Below, in pieces: positions 44,561 to 53,235 of a DNA stretch of 64,000 nt; the stretch's first letter is position 1, and each line of letters begins with the position of its first letter. The position numbers and the translations under genes were made by a program. The DNA lies in contig JAICDB010000001.1 of the NCBI GenBank assembly GCA_020063565.1, positions 33,056-97,055 of the forward strand, given 5' to 3'. This DNA is from Clostridiales bacterium (GTDB taxonomy: Bacteria > Bacillota > DSM-16504 > Desulfitibacterales > JAICDB01). Below the pieces are notes generated by a model that worked only from the letters and a program-made list of their open reading frames with translations, was not told the origin of the DNA and searched no databases.

Positions 44561-45412
44561 ATGAGTTTAGTGACATTAAAAGAAGTAATGGAGCCAAAAG
44601 ACGAAGCATTTGCTGTTGGAGCATTTAGTACTTATGACTTAAGCAGCGCTCTGGGCATAGTAGAAGGAGCTGAAGCAGTTAACCTGCCTGTTATTGCAAT
44701 GATGGGTGCACCGGTTCTTAATGTACCTGGTAATGAGAAAGTTGCTGAAACATTGATTTCATTAGCTAAAATGTCAAGTGTACCTGTTGTTGTGCATTTG
44801 GACCATGCCAAAGATTTTGCAACTTGCATGAAAGCTATTAAGTTAGGATTCAGTTCGGTTATGATTGATGGTTCGACATTAAGTCTGGAAGAAAATATTG
44901 CAGTTACCAATAAAGTAACTGAGGCTGCAAAAGCAGTAGGTGTTTCAGTAGAAGCAGAACTGGGAGCGCTTGCCGGAATTGAAGACGGAGAAGAGGTTAA
45001 GGCTCAAAAAATGACAAATCCCGAGCACATGAAAACATTTTTAGAAGCAACGGATGTTGACGGGTTAGCTGTTTCAATCGGTAATGCCCATGGATTGTAC
45101 AAGGGTGAACCTAACCTGAACTTTGAATTACTTGAAAAGCTGAACGACTTAAGTGATGTTCCCCTCATAATGCATGGTGGAACCGGTCTTACTCAAGAAC
45201 AGTTTGCCAAGGGAATTCAACTGGGAATTAAAAAGATCAATATTGGAACTGAGATCAAAAAGACAACAATTGAAACCTTTATAGAAACACACGGCAAAAA
45301 TGAAAGCGCCTGGGATATGATTGGTATTCCGAAGGCGTGCAGGGAAGCTATTTCTAAAGTTGTTGCTGACAAATTGAAATTTTATAGAAGCGGTTGGAAG
45401 GAACTGGTTTAG
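44561..45412 (+). CDS. Class II (metal-dependent) ketose-bisphosphate aldolase, FbaA/GatY/KbaY family
   Basis: 283-aa ORF with VVHLDHAKD, EAELG, IGNAHG and MHGGTG, which are characteristic of class II FBP/tagatose-bisphosphate aldolases. Confidence 0.8.
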   Translation: MSLVTLKEVMEPKDEAFAVGAFSTYDLSSALGIVEGAEAVNLPVIAMMGAPVLNVPGNEKVAETLISLAKMSSVPVVVHLDHAKDFATCMKAIKLGFSSVMIDGSTLSLEENIAVTNKVTEAAKAVGVSVEAELGALAGIEDGEEVKAQKMTNPEHMKTFLEATDVDGLAVSIGNAHGLYKGEPNLNFELLEKLNDLSDVPLIMHGGTGLTQEQFAKGIQLGIKKINIGTEIKKTTIETFIETHGKNESAWDMIGIPKACREAISKVVADKLKFYRSGWKELV

Positions 45413-45463
45413 TTGGTTGTTGACCAGTAATTGGTTGTGCCAAGCATGAAAGGGAGTGTAAAT

Positions 45464-46570
45464 ATGGCAGAAGTTAAGCTTCAGGGGATATACAAGAGGT
45501 TTAAGGATACAGTTGCAGTATCAAACTTTAACCTGGAAATCAAAGACGGTGAATTCATAGTTCTGGTAGGACCTTCCGGATGTGGGAAAAGTACAACCCT
45601 GAGAATGGTTGCCGGTTTGGAACAACCTTCAGAAGGTAAAATTTATATTGGTGATAAGGACGTAACCTATGCTGAACCCAAAAACAGAGATATAGCAATG
45701 GTATTTCAGGATTATGCGCTATATCCTCATATGAACGTATTTAAGAATATGGCATTTGGATTGCAGTTAAGAAAAATGCCCAAGGACGAAATAAAGAAGA
45801 GGGTGGAGACTGCAGCAGAACGCTTGGGAATTTCACATCTGTTGCATAGAACTCCGAGACAGCTATCAGGTGGTCAGCGTCAGAGGGTAGCTTTGGGAAG
45901 ATCGATTGTAAGGGATCCCCAGGTATTCTTGATGGACGAGCCGCTTTCTAACCTTGACGCTAAATTAAGGGTGCAAATGAGGGCTGAAATAGTTAAGCTC
46001 CAGAAAGGTTTAAATACAACTACTATCTATGTAACTCATGATCAGGTAGAAGCCATGACAATGGGTGATAGGATAGTTGTAATGAAGGATGGCTTTATGC
46101 AGCAAGTAGGTACTCCTTCAGAGATTTATCATGAACCTGCCAACATGTTTGTAGCTGGCTTTGTAGGTTCTCCTAGCATGAACTTTATTGAGGGAGAATT
46201 TGTTCAAAAGGACGGTAAATGCTTCTTTACAGCTCAAGGTATCGAAGTAGAATTACCCGGAAAGCTTTCCGACAAATCATTGTCTTCTAAGTCAGTAGTG
46301 CTTGGCATTCGTCCTGAGGATATTAGGGTAGATGTGGAAAAAACAGACAACTTAACATCTCCTGTGGAATGTAAAGTTGAATTAATTGAAGATCTAGGCG
46401 CCGAAGAAATTGTCTTTCTAAAAACAAAGGGTGGCCAAGAATTTAAAGCACGTATTTCAAGCGACCTTAGTAAAGCTCAAGCTGGTAATAATGTAAATGC
46501 ATATTTCAAGCTTAATAAGATTCATATCTTTGATGCTGAAGAAGGCAGTAAGGTACCCCTTTCTGCTTAA
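45464..46570 (+). CDS. Sugar ABC importer ATPase (MsmX/UgpC/MalK type)
   Basis: The ORF was trimmed to MAEVKLQGIYKRF after an AAAGGGAG RBS. It has Walker [10 protein letters not shown], signature LSGGQRQR, Walker B FLMDEPLSNLD and a C-terminal regulatory (TOBE-like) domain. Confidence 0.9.
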   Translation: MAEVKLQGIYKRFKDTVAVSNFNLEIKDGEFIVLVGPSGCGKSTTLRMVAGLEQPSEGKIYIGDKDVTYAEPKNRDIAMVFQDYALYPHMNVFKNMAFGLQLRKMPKDEIKKRVETAAERLGISHLLHRTPRQLSGGQRQRVALGRSIVRDPQVFLMDEPLSNLDAKLRVQMRAEIVKLQKGLNTTTIYVTHDQVEAMTMGDRIVVMKDGFMQQVGTPSEIYHEPANMFVAGFVGSPSMNFIEGEFVQKDGKCFFTAQGIEVELPGKLSDKSLSSKSVVLGIRPEDIRVDVEKTDNLTSPVECKVELIEDLGAEEIVFLKTKGGQEFKARISSDLSKAQAGNNVNAYFKLNKIHIFDAEEGSKVPLSA

Positions 46571-46696
46571 AAATCTTTAGACTTCATAAAGGGGGTGGGG
46601 TAAAGAGTAAAAGATAACAAGTCAGTCTTAATAAAATTCTAGGAATGTAAATTACGGGACGATTTAATCTATTTAATTTATGGGAGGGTGAACAAT

Positions 46697-47962
46697 TTGA
46701 ACTTCAAGAAGCTGAGTGTGTTGGCAATTGTAGTATTGTTGGTTGGTGCATTTGTTGTAGGTTGTGGTGGAGGAAATGATGAACCTGCAGATCAAGGCGC
46801 AGATTCCGGTGAAAAACAAGTAACAATTAGATTTGCTCACTGGCGTGGAGAAGATAAGGAAGCATTTGAAAAAGTAATTGCTAAGTTCAATGAAGAATAT
46901 CCAAACATCAAAGTTCAGCAGGATATTAGTGGCTCAGAGCAGTACAGAGCAAAAATACAAGCAGAATTGCAATCAGATGCCGGACCTGACGTTTTCACTA
47001 CTTTCCCCGGTGCACATTTTGCTACTTTACAGGAAGCAGGAGTATATGCCGATCTTTCAGGCGCTGAATTCCTGGATCGTTTCTCCCCTCACCTGTTACT
47101 GGCAGGACAGGCTGATGGAAAACAATATGCAGTTCCATACCAGCTGGTATTCAATATCCCCGTATACAATAAAGGGTTATTTGAAAAAGCAGGTGTAGAG
47201 CCTGCAGACAGTTGGGAAGGATTCTTGGAAATGTGTCAGACTTTAAAGGATAACGGTATTACACCTATCATCTTTGACAGTGAAATTGGCCCCGGCCAAT
47301 TTATGAACCCAATGTTAATGAACAATATGCCTACCGATGATGCCTTAACCAGGGTAGAAAAAGGCGAGCTTAAGTTGACAGATGACTGGTTCGTTAAAAC
47401 TCTTGCTCAATTTAAAGAACTTAAGGACAAAGGATTTATGCAGGATGACGTACTTGGAACCAGAAAAGCTGGCGCTGCTGCGTTATTTGCTCAGGAACAA
47501 GGCGCCATGTTAGCTCAAGGGTCATATATGATGGCATCTAACAAACAGCAAAACCCCGATATCAAGCAGGGACTACTTGCACCAATAACAGTACCGGCAG
47601 ATCAAGCAAAGTATGAAGGTATCCATACTTCAACATTTATGATTGGTATTAATGCAAAATCCGAAAAACAAGAAGCTGCTAAGAAGTTTATGGAATTCTT
47701 GTTTAGACCGGAAATTTCCGCAATGTATGCTAATGTAACAGGACAAATGTTGACAGTTAATGGTGTTGAATATGAATCGCCTGAATTAAATGAACAGGCT
47801 AAGTGGCTAGAGAAGAAGACATTATTCCAGCCTAGATACACTTTGACAGTTCAAGAAGTTGAGGATGCAATAGTAAACTCAATTAAAGACGTATTAGGTG
47901 GTATGTCGCCTGAAGAAGCTGCTGCTAAGGCTCAGGAAGAAGTTGAAAGATCTATTAAATAA
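46697..47962 (+). CDS. Extracellular solute-binding lipoprotein (carbohydrate family 1)
   Basis: TTG 46697 lies 9 nt after GGGAGG. The lipoprotein signal has the lipobox FVVGC, and the body is a typical sugar SBP. Confidence 0.85.
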   Translation: MNFKKLSVLAIVVLLVGAFVVGCGGGNDEPADQGADSGEKQVTIRFAHWRGEDKEAFEKVIAKFNEEYPNIKVQQDISGSEQYRAKIQAELQSDAGPDVFTTFPGAHFATLQEAGVYADLSGAEFLDRFSPHLLLAGQADGKQYAVPYQLVFNIPVYNKGLFEKAGVEPADSWEGFLEMCQTLKDNGITPIIFDSEIGPGQFMNPMLMNNMPTDDALTRVEKGELKLTDDWFVKTLAQFKELKDKGFMQDDVLGTRKAGAAALFAQEQGAMLAQGSYMMASNKQQNPDIKQGLLAPITVPADQAKYEGIHTSTFMIGINAKSEKQEAAKKFMEFLFRPEISAMYANVTGQMLTVNGVEYESPELNEQAKWLEKKTLFQPRYTLTVQEVEDAIVNSIKDVLGGMSPEEAAAKAQEEVERSIK

Positions 47963-48040
47963 GGTTTAGAGGGATACTTTCAGCGACAAGAGAGAGGGCA
48001 TGTACCTCTCTCTTATCCTGATAACTAAGGAGGAAAAAAT

Positions 48041-48919
48041 ATGAAAAAGTACTGGGGGCTCTTACCATTTATCATACCAGGGGTCATATTATATACAATC
48101 TTTTTTGCCATACCCTTAGTTTCCTCACTGGCTCTTAGTTTTACAGACTGGAACGGTATATCCCCTGATTATAATTTTGTTGGCTTAAGCAATTATGTTG
48201 AGATGATTACAGATGACCCTATTTTCCATCAAACATTTGGTAACAACCTAAAATACATGTTTTTTGTAGTTATCTTCCAGACATTATTTGCACTTATTTT
48301 TGCCATGTTTTTGGCTAAAAACAGTAAACTCAATGTTTTCTACAGGGCGCTATTCTTTTTCCCCACTGTTATCGCTTCAGTTTCGGTGGCTTTTATCTGG
48401 ATCTTTGTTTATGATCCAAGCATCGGTTCATTAAATACAATCCTTAAATTATTTGGCCTGGACTTTTTGAAACAGTCCTGGTTGGGGGACAAAAACATTG
48501 CAATTTACAGCCTTGCTATAACACAGGTTTGGATGCATACTGGACAGGTGATGATAATCTTTATAGCAGGTTTACAATCTATACCAAAATCACTGTATGA
48601 GGTTGCCAGAATAGAAGGAGCATCAAGGTGGCAGACCTTCCGTAATGTAACATGGCCGCTTTTAGCTCCTGCTGCAACAATTGTTGTAGCATATACCACA
48701 TTGCAGTCATTCAAGGCATTTGACCTCATTCTGGCAATGACCGATGGTGGACCATCCTATGCAACTGAAATATTATCACTCTTTATTTACCACGAAGCAT
48801 TTAGAAACTTCAAATTTGGCTATGCTGCAGCATCAGCGGTGATCTTCTTAATTATCGTATCATTGATTACAATAATTCAATTTAGAATTTTAAATGCCAA
48901 TAAGGTAACCTACAATTAA
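48041..48919 (+). CDS. Sugar ABC permease (UgpA/MalF type)
   Basis: 292-aa ORF with six TM helices and the EAA-loop sequence EVARIEGASRWQTFRNVTWPLL. Confidence 0.9.
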   Translation: MKKYWGLLPFIIPGVILYTIFFAIPLVSSLALSFTDWNGISPDYNFVGLSNYVEMITDDPIFHQTFGNNLKYMFFVVIFQTLFALIFAMFLAKNSKLNVFYRALFFFPTVIASVSVAFIWIFVYDPSIGSLNTILKLFGLDFLKQSWLGDKNIAIYSLAITQVWMHTGQVMIIFIAGLQSIPKSLYEVARIEGASRWQTFRNVTWPLLAPAATIVVAYTTLQSFKAFDLILAMTDGGPSYATEILSLFIYHEAFRNFKFGYAAASAVIFLIIVSLITIIQFRILNANKVTYN

Positions 48920-48933
48920 GGGGTGTATATCAA

Positions 48934-49806
48934 GTGAGTAATTCAAAATTAGATTTACAAAAAGCAGACAAAAAACCAAAAGAAAATATTACGAAGGTTG
49001 ATATTTGGAGACAGTTTCCTCTCCTCATTTATGCAATAATTATCATTACACCTCTTTCACTGGTATTTTTTGCAACTTTTAAAAACCTTAAGCAGCTATA
49101 TTCAGATCCTTTGGGGGTACCTGAAAGTTGGAGCCTTGCCAACTATAAAGCGCTCTTTGCAAATGAGAATATGTTGATATACTTTAAAAACAGTGTAATA
49201 GTAACGTGTATTTCTGTTTTCAGTATTCTTTTACTTGCAAGTATGATTGCCTATGCAATAGTAAGATTACCGAAGTGGATAGGAAATATAGTCTTTGGGT
49301 TTGTAGTAGTGGGAATGATGGTACCTACTCAGGTGAATATGATACCACAGTATCTTTTACTGGATAGACTTAATCTATTGGATAAGCATCTGGGGTTAAT
49401 CTGCGTAACGGTGGCTACATTTTTACCTATTGCAGTATTTATTTTAACAGGATTTATGAAAACTTTGCCGAAAGGTTTAATTGAAGCCGCAAGCATCGAT
49501 GGCGCCTCACACTGGCAAATTTACTCAAGGGTGATGTTGCCTTTATCCGGTCCGTCTCTTGCTACGACAGCTATTTTCTGCTTTGTTATTGTCTGGAACG
49601 ATCTTCTTTATCCGCTGTTGTTCATAAAGTCGGACAGCTTAAAGACAATGCCCCTGGCGCTGCTAGAATTCCAGGGTCAGTATTTGACAAACTACCCAAT
49701 GATTTTCTCGGGAGTAGTGGTAGCTTCTATTCCGATGATTATAATTTATGTTTTCCTTCAGCGCTACTTTATTGCCGGTATGACAGCAGGATCTATGAAA
49801 GGATAA
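48934..49806 (+). CDS. Sugar ABC permease (UgpE/MalG type)
   Basis: 290-aa ORF with the EAA-loop sequence EAASIDGASHWQIYSRVMLPL. Confidence 0.9.
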   Translation: MSNSKLDLQKADKKPKENITKVDIWRQFPLLIYAIIIITPLSLVFFATFKNLKQLYSDPLGVPESWSLANYKALFANENMLIYFKNSVIVTCISVFSILLLASMIAYAIVRLPKWIGNIVFGFVVVGMMVPTQVNMIPQYLLLDRLNLLDKHLGLICVTVATFLPIAVFILTGFMKTLPKGLIEAASIDGASHWQIYSRVMLPLSGPSLATTAIFCFVIVWNDLLYPLLFIKSDSLKTMPLALLEFQGQYLTNYPMIFSGVVVASIPMIIIYVFLQRYFIAGMTAGSMKG

Positions 49807-49932
49807 GTAGAAGTATATTTATATTATGTAAGATTAATGTAATGTCCGGGAACTGTGGAGGGTTTCACTGTTTCTGGAGCTGTGTTAAATGCAAAGTTTG
49901 TAATAATACAAGATTTCTTAGGAGGGCAGTTT

Positions 49933-51273
49933 ATGGAAACCTTAAAACCTGTATACCTGCCAATGGGTAGAACTACATTCCATATGGAAAGTGCCACTGA
50001 TTACTACAACCGTTCCTGTAAAGTAATCAAAGAACTTGCCCCGGGGGCAGAAATGCCGCAAGAATTACTTACTGATTTAGATATGTTAAACAACTATCTT
50101 GATGAAATCAAAAATAAGGATATAGATATTGCAGTTGTTCAAAGTACTACCTTTGTAGATGCTACCTTTACAATAGAAATCGTCAGAAAGCTTTCCTGTC
50201 CCGTATTAGTATGGTGTGTGCGAGAACCCGTTATTGATGGTAGTCGCCTCAGATTAAACTCTCTAACCGGTGGTTTTGCTGCCGGCAATACTTTAAGTAC
50301 CTTTGGCAGAACATTTGATTTTGTATTCGGTAATCCCGAAGAGGAACAAGTGCAGAAAAAATTATCTGCATACTTCAAAGCTGCATCTGTTGTAAAGGGA
50401 TTGAAGAACTTGACTTTAGGGGTAGTAGGAAATGTACCTCCGGGCTTTTTCTTTGGAGAAGAACTCAGTATGAATCTCTTAAATGTCATAGGTGCAAAAT
50501 TGGAACGCTTAGACCTTAACAGTCTGATTCAAGAGGCGAAAGAATTGAAAACCGGTGAGTATGAAGAGGCACTTGCAGAATTGAAGGAGAAAATCTTCGG
50601 CATTGAAGAAATTGAAGAGGAACAAGTAGATAAAAACGCTCGCTTTAGAACAGTTCTTAAAAAACATGTGGAAGAAAAAGGAATTAAGGCAATTGCTAGT
50701 CGTTGCTGGCCTACAGTATTCCAGGAGTATAATGCTGCAATTTGTGCCACCCTTTCTTTATTTACTGAAGAAGGAATTGTATCTTCCTGTGAAGCTGATA
50801 TTGGCGGCGCAATCAGCATGTATATCCAGAAACAAATTACAGGAGAACCTCCATATTTCGGAGACCCTGTTTCATTAGATGAAGAAAAGAATTCTATTAT
50901 TTACTGGCATTGTGGTGCAGGAGCTTGTTCACTTGCTAGAACCGATACAGGCGCCCGCGCAGGAAGACATCCTAACCGTAAGCTTGGGCTGTCATTGGAA
51001 TTTGGTCTTAAGGACGGCAGGGTTACAGTTTGCCGCTTCGGTAAGGGGCCAAACGGTTACCGTCTTTTTATCATGGCTGGTGAAGCGCTGGATGAACCTC
51101 AAAAGTTTCTTGGAACATCTGTTGAAGTACGCCCTGACGGAAATGCAGCTGAAATTGTAAATTCAGCAATTAATGAAGGTTGGGAACCTCACTTTTCAGT
51201 GGTTTACGGAGATATAACCGAGGAGTTAAAGGCTGTAGCCAAACTATTAAACATTGAAGTTGTAGAGTATTAA
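49933..51273 (+). CDS. L-fucose/L-arabinose isomerase-family aldose-ketose isomerase (short form)
   Basis: The ORF was trimmed to METLKPVYLP after an AGGAGGG RBS. The family resemblance (SSCEADIGGA, YWHCGAG, GWEPHFSVVYGD) is recalled by eye and not verified. Confidence 0.6.
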   Translation: METLKPVYLPMGRTTFHMESATDYYNRSCKVIKELAPGAEMPQELLTDLDMLNNYLDEIKNKDIDIAVVQSTTFVDATFTIEIVRKLSCPVLVWCVREPVIDGSRLRLNSLTGGFAAGNTLSTFGRTFDFVFGNPEEEQVQKKLSAYFKAASVVKGLKNLTLGVVGNVPPGFFFGEELSMNLLNVIGAKLERLDLNSLIQEAKELKTGEYEEALAELKEKIFGIEEIEEEQVDKNARFRTVLKKHVEEKGIKAIASRCWPTVFQEYNAAICATLSLFTEEGIVSSCEADIGGAISMYIQKQITGEPPYFGDPVSLDEEKNSIIYWHCGAGACSLARTDTGARAGRHPNRKLGLSLEFGLKDGRVTVCRFGKGPNGYRLFIMAGEALDEPQKFLGTSVEVRPDGNAAEIVNSAINEGWEPHFSVVYGDITEELKAVAKLLNIEVVEY

Positions 51274-51288
51274 GAGAGGGGACCTGTG

Positions 51289-52401
51289 ATGCTTGCCGCC
51301 GATTTGCAAAAGGAGATAGCAGTAAAAGAAGAACGAGTGAACAAGCTAATAAAAGAAAAAGGTTTAGACGGTATTTGCCTTTTTAAGGCTGCTAACTTTC
51401 ACTGGTTTACAGCCGGTGGAACCAACAGGGTTGTGACAGGTTCTGAAAAGGGATGTGCCGTAATATTAATTATGGAAGGTAAGAAGTATTTAATTTCACC
51501 TTCCAATGAAATCGACAGGCTCCTTGCAGAACAACTCCCCGATCAAGGTTTTGAGAGATGTACTTTCTACTGGTATGAAACTCCCATGAAAGTAATCAAA
51601 GAACTAGCCGGAGATAAGAGGCTAGGTAGTGATATAGCAGTTCCGGGAATGACTGAGATCGGAGTTGATATAGACAGGTTGCGCTTTTCCCTGACATCGC
51701 AGGAAGTGGAAAAGGCAAGAAAAATTGCGGAAATCTCCTCTCGTGAAACAGCAGCATTATGTGCTAGTCTCAAACCAGGCATGACCGAATATGAGATAAC
51801 GGCTTTACTTTCTGAAACACTTTTAAGAGAAGGGATAAATCCTGCAGTACTACTTGTTGGTACTGATGAGAGGGTGTTTACCTGCAGGCACCCGGTACCT
51901 GTAGAAAAGAAACTTCAAAAGTATGCACTCATCAGTCTGGTAGGGGAAAAGTGGGGATTGCACGTTACACTGACTCGTGCAGTATATTTTGGCAGCCTGC
52001 CGGAAGATTTGAAGAAAAAACAGGAACTTGTCAATCGGGTGGATGCCACATTTATAGCAAATACCATTGCAGGAAAGATGAGTGATGATGTATTTAATGC
52101 AGGTAAAGAAGAATATGCTTGTGTTGGCTATCCTGATGAATGGAAAATGCATCACCAGGGTGGAGCCATAGGATATGCTCCCCGTGAATATCGTGGCGGG
52201 GAAGGCAGAAATGAAAAAGTTATAGTAAATCAAATGTTTGGGTGGAACCCAACACTGCAGGGAACAAAAAGTGAAGATACAATTTTAGTTAATGCTAAAG
52301 GAATTCCAACTATAATAACGAATGTACCCGGGTGGTGGCCTACCCAGGAAATTAACGTAAATGATTCAATTATAAATCGTCCCATGATTTTAGAAATATA
52401 G
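51289..52401 (+). CDS. M24 (creatinase/prolidase, pita-bread fold)-like protein lacking most metal ligands
   Basis: 370-aa ORF with a creatinase/prolidase-type N-domain and a pita-bread C-domain. By-eye alignment to PepP/prolidase motifs shows D->L, D->T, H->G and E->N at four of the five metal-ligand positions. Confidence 0.6.
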   Translation: MLAADLQKEIAVKEERVNKLIKEKGLDGICLFKAANFHWFTAGGTNRVVTGSEKGCAVILIMEGKKYLISPSNEIDRLLAEQLPDQGFERCTFYWYETPMKVIKELAGDKRLGSDIAVPGMTEIGVDIDRLRFSLTSQEVEKARKIAEISSRETAALCASLKPGMTEYEITALLSETLLREGINPAVLLVGTDERVFTCRHPVPVEKKLQKYALISLVGEKWGLHVTLTRAVYFGSLPEDLKKKQELVNRVDATFIANTIAGKMSDDVFNAGKEEYACVGYPDEWKMHHQGGAIGYAPREYRGGEGRNEKVIVNQMFGWNPTLQGTKSEDTILVNAKGIPTIITNVPGWWPTQEINVNDSIINRPMILEI

Positions 52402-52410
52402 GTTATTTTC

Positions 52411-52468
52411 AGGCCGCCCCCTTTCCTCCTAATCCTCCTCCCGGGATTGGGGGCTGGCTGTTTTTTTA
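52411..52468 (+). terminator. Strong intrinsic terminator inside the operon, between the M24-like gene and the moaD-like gene
   Basis: CAGGCCGCCCCC ... GGGGGCTGGCTG stem enclosing a C/T-rich loop, followed by TTTTTTT. Confidence 0.65.
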
Positions 52469-52497
52469 ATTTCACTTTTTCATTGGGGGTTTTTTTG

Positions 52498-52722
52498 ATG
52501 ATTACCGTTAAATTTAGCCCTGGAACAAAAGCCTATAAAAAACACGGTTCCCGGATTGAAATGACTTGGCAAGACGGAACTATTGATGATTTACTTGCCA
52601 AATTGGCAGTTGACAAAAGGGAAGTAGGTAGTGTTCTTGTCAATAATTCTCCCAAAAATTTAGATGAAAAATTGCAGGATAACTGTGAAGTTTATATCCT
52701 CCCTGTAATTTGCGGTGGTTAA
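52498..52722 (+). CDS. ThiS/MoaD-like beta-grasp protein ending in Gly-Gly
   Basis: 74-aa ORF trimmed to MITVKF. The C-terminus is ...LPVICGG. It lies immediately upstream of the ferredoxin and AOR genes, as in AOR maturation/accessory arrangements. Confidence 0.6.
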   Translation: MITVKFSPGTKAYKKHGSRIEMTWQDGTIDDLLAKLAVDKREVGSVLVNNSPKNLDEKLQDNCEVYILPVICGG

Positions 52723-52752
52723 TAGAAACTGGAAGATTAGGGTGGTGAAATA

Positions 52753-53235
52753 ATGTCCAGAAAAGTATTGACAGTTGAAAAAAGCAAGTGTATTGGTTGC
52801 AGAATTTGTGAACAGTGGTGTAGCTTGACCCATCACGGTGTAATAAACCCTGCCAAAGCAAGGGTAAAGGTAACTCGAATTGAAGAATCCGGTGTTGATG
52901 TGCCTGTTATTTGTACCCAGTGCAGCAAGGCTGCATGTATAGCAGCATGTCCTGAAGGCGCTTTATCCAAAAATTCTAAAACAGGTGCAATAAAGGTAGA
53001 TAAGGAAAAATGTACTGCGTGCAGAAAATGTGTAACTGCTTGCCCTAATGCTGCAATATCAGTCCACCCGGAAGATGAGTATGTTTTAATCTGTGATTTG
53101 TGTAACGGCAAGCCCAAATGTGTGGAAAACTGTCCTGAAAAAGCTCTGCAGTATCTCCCCATTGAAACCAGTGAACGAATTTATAGAAGCAAAGTAGTCA
53201 GGGATACTGCAAAAGGGGGTAAGCGCTGTGGCTAA
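52753..53235 (+). CDS. 4x[4Fe-4S]-type polyferredoxin (AOR electron-transfer subunit)
   Basis: 160-aa ORF with four Cys clusters (CIGCRICEQWC, CTQCSKAACIAACP, CTACRKCVTACP, CDLCNGKPKCVENCP). It overlaps the AOR start. Confidence 0.85.
   Translation: MSRKVLTVEKSKCIGCRICEQWCSLTHHGVINPAKARVKVTRIEESGVDVPVICTQCSKAACIAACPEGALSKNSKTGAIKVDKEKCTACRKCVTACPNAAISVHPEDEYVLICDLCNGKPKCVENCPEKALQYLPIETSERIYRSKVVRDTAKGGKRCG

Noticed and set aside
52402-52497. A possible Moco/Tuco riboswitch upstream of the moaD-like/AOR genes.
   Set aside because: The gap is only ~96 nt. It folds as one simple GC-rich hairpin plus a T-run, and I could not find the multi-helix Moco motif core, so it is called a terminator instead.
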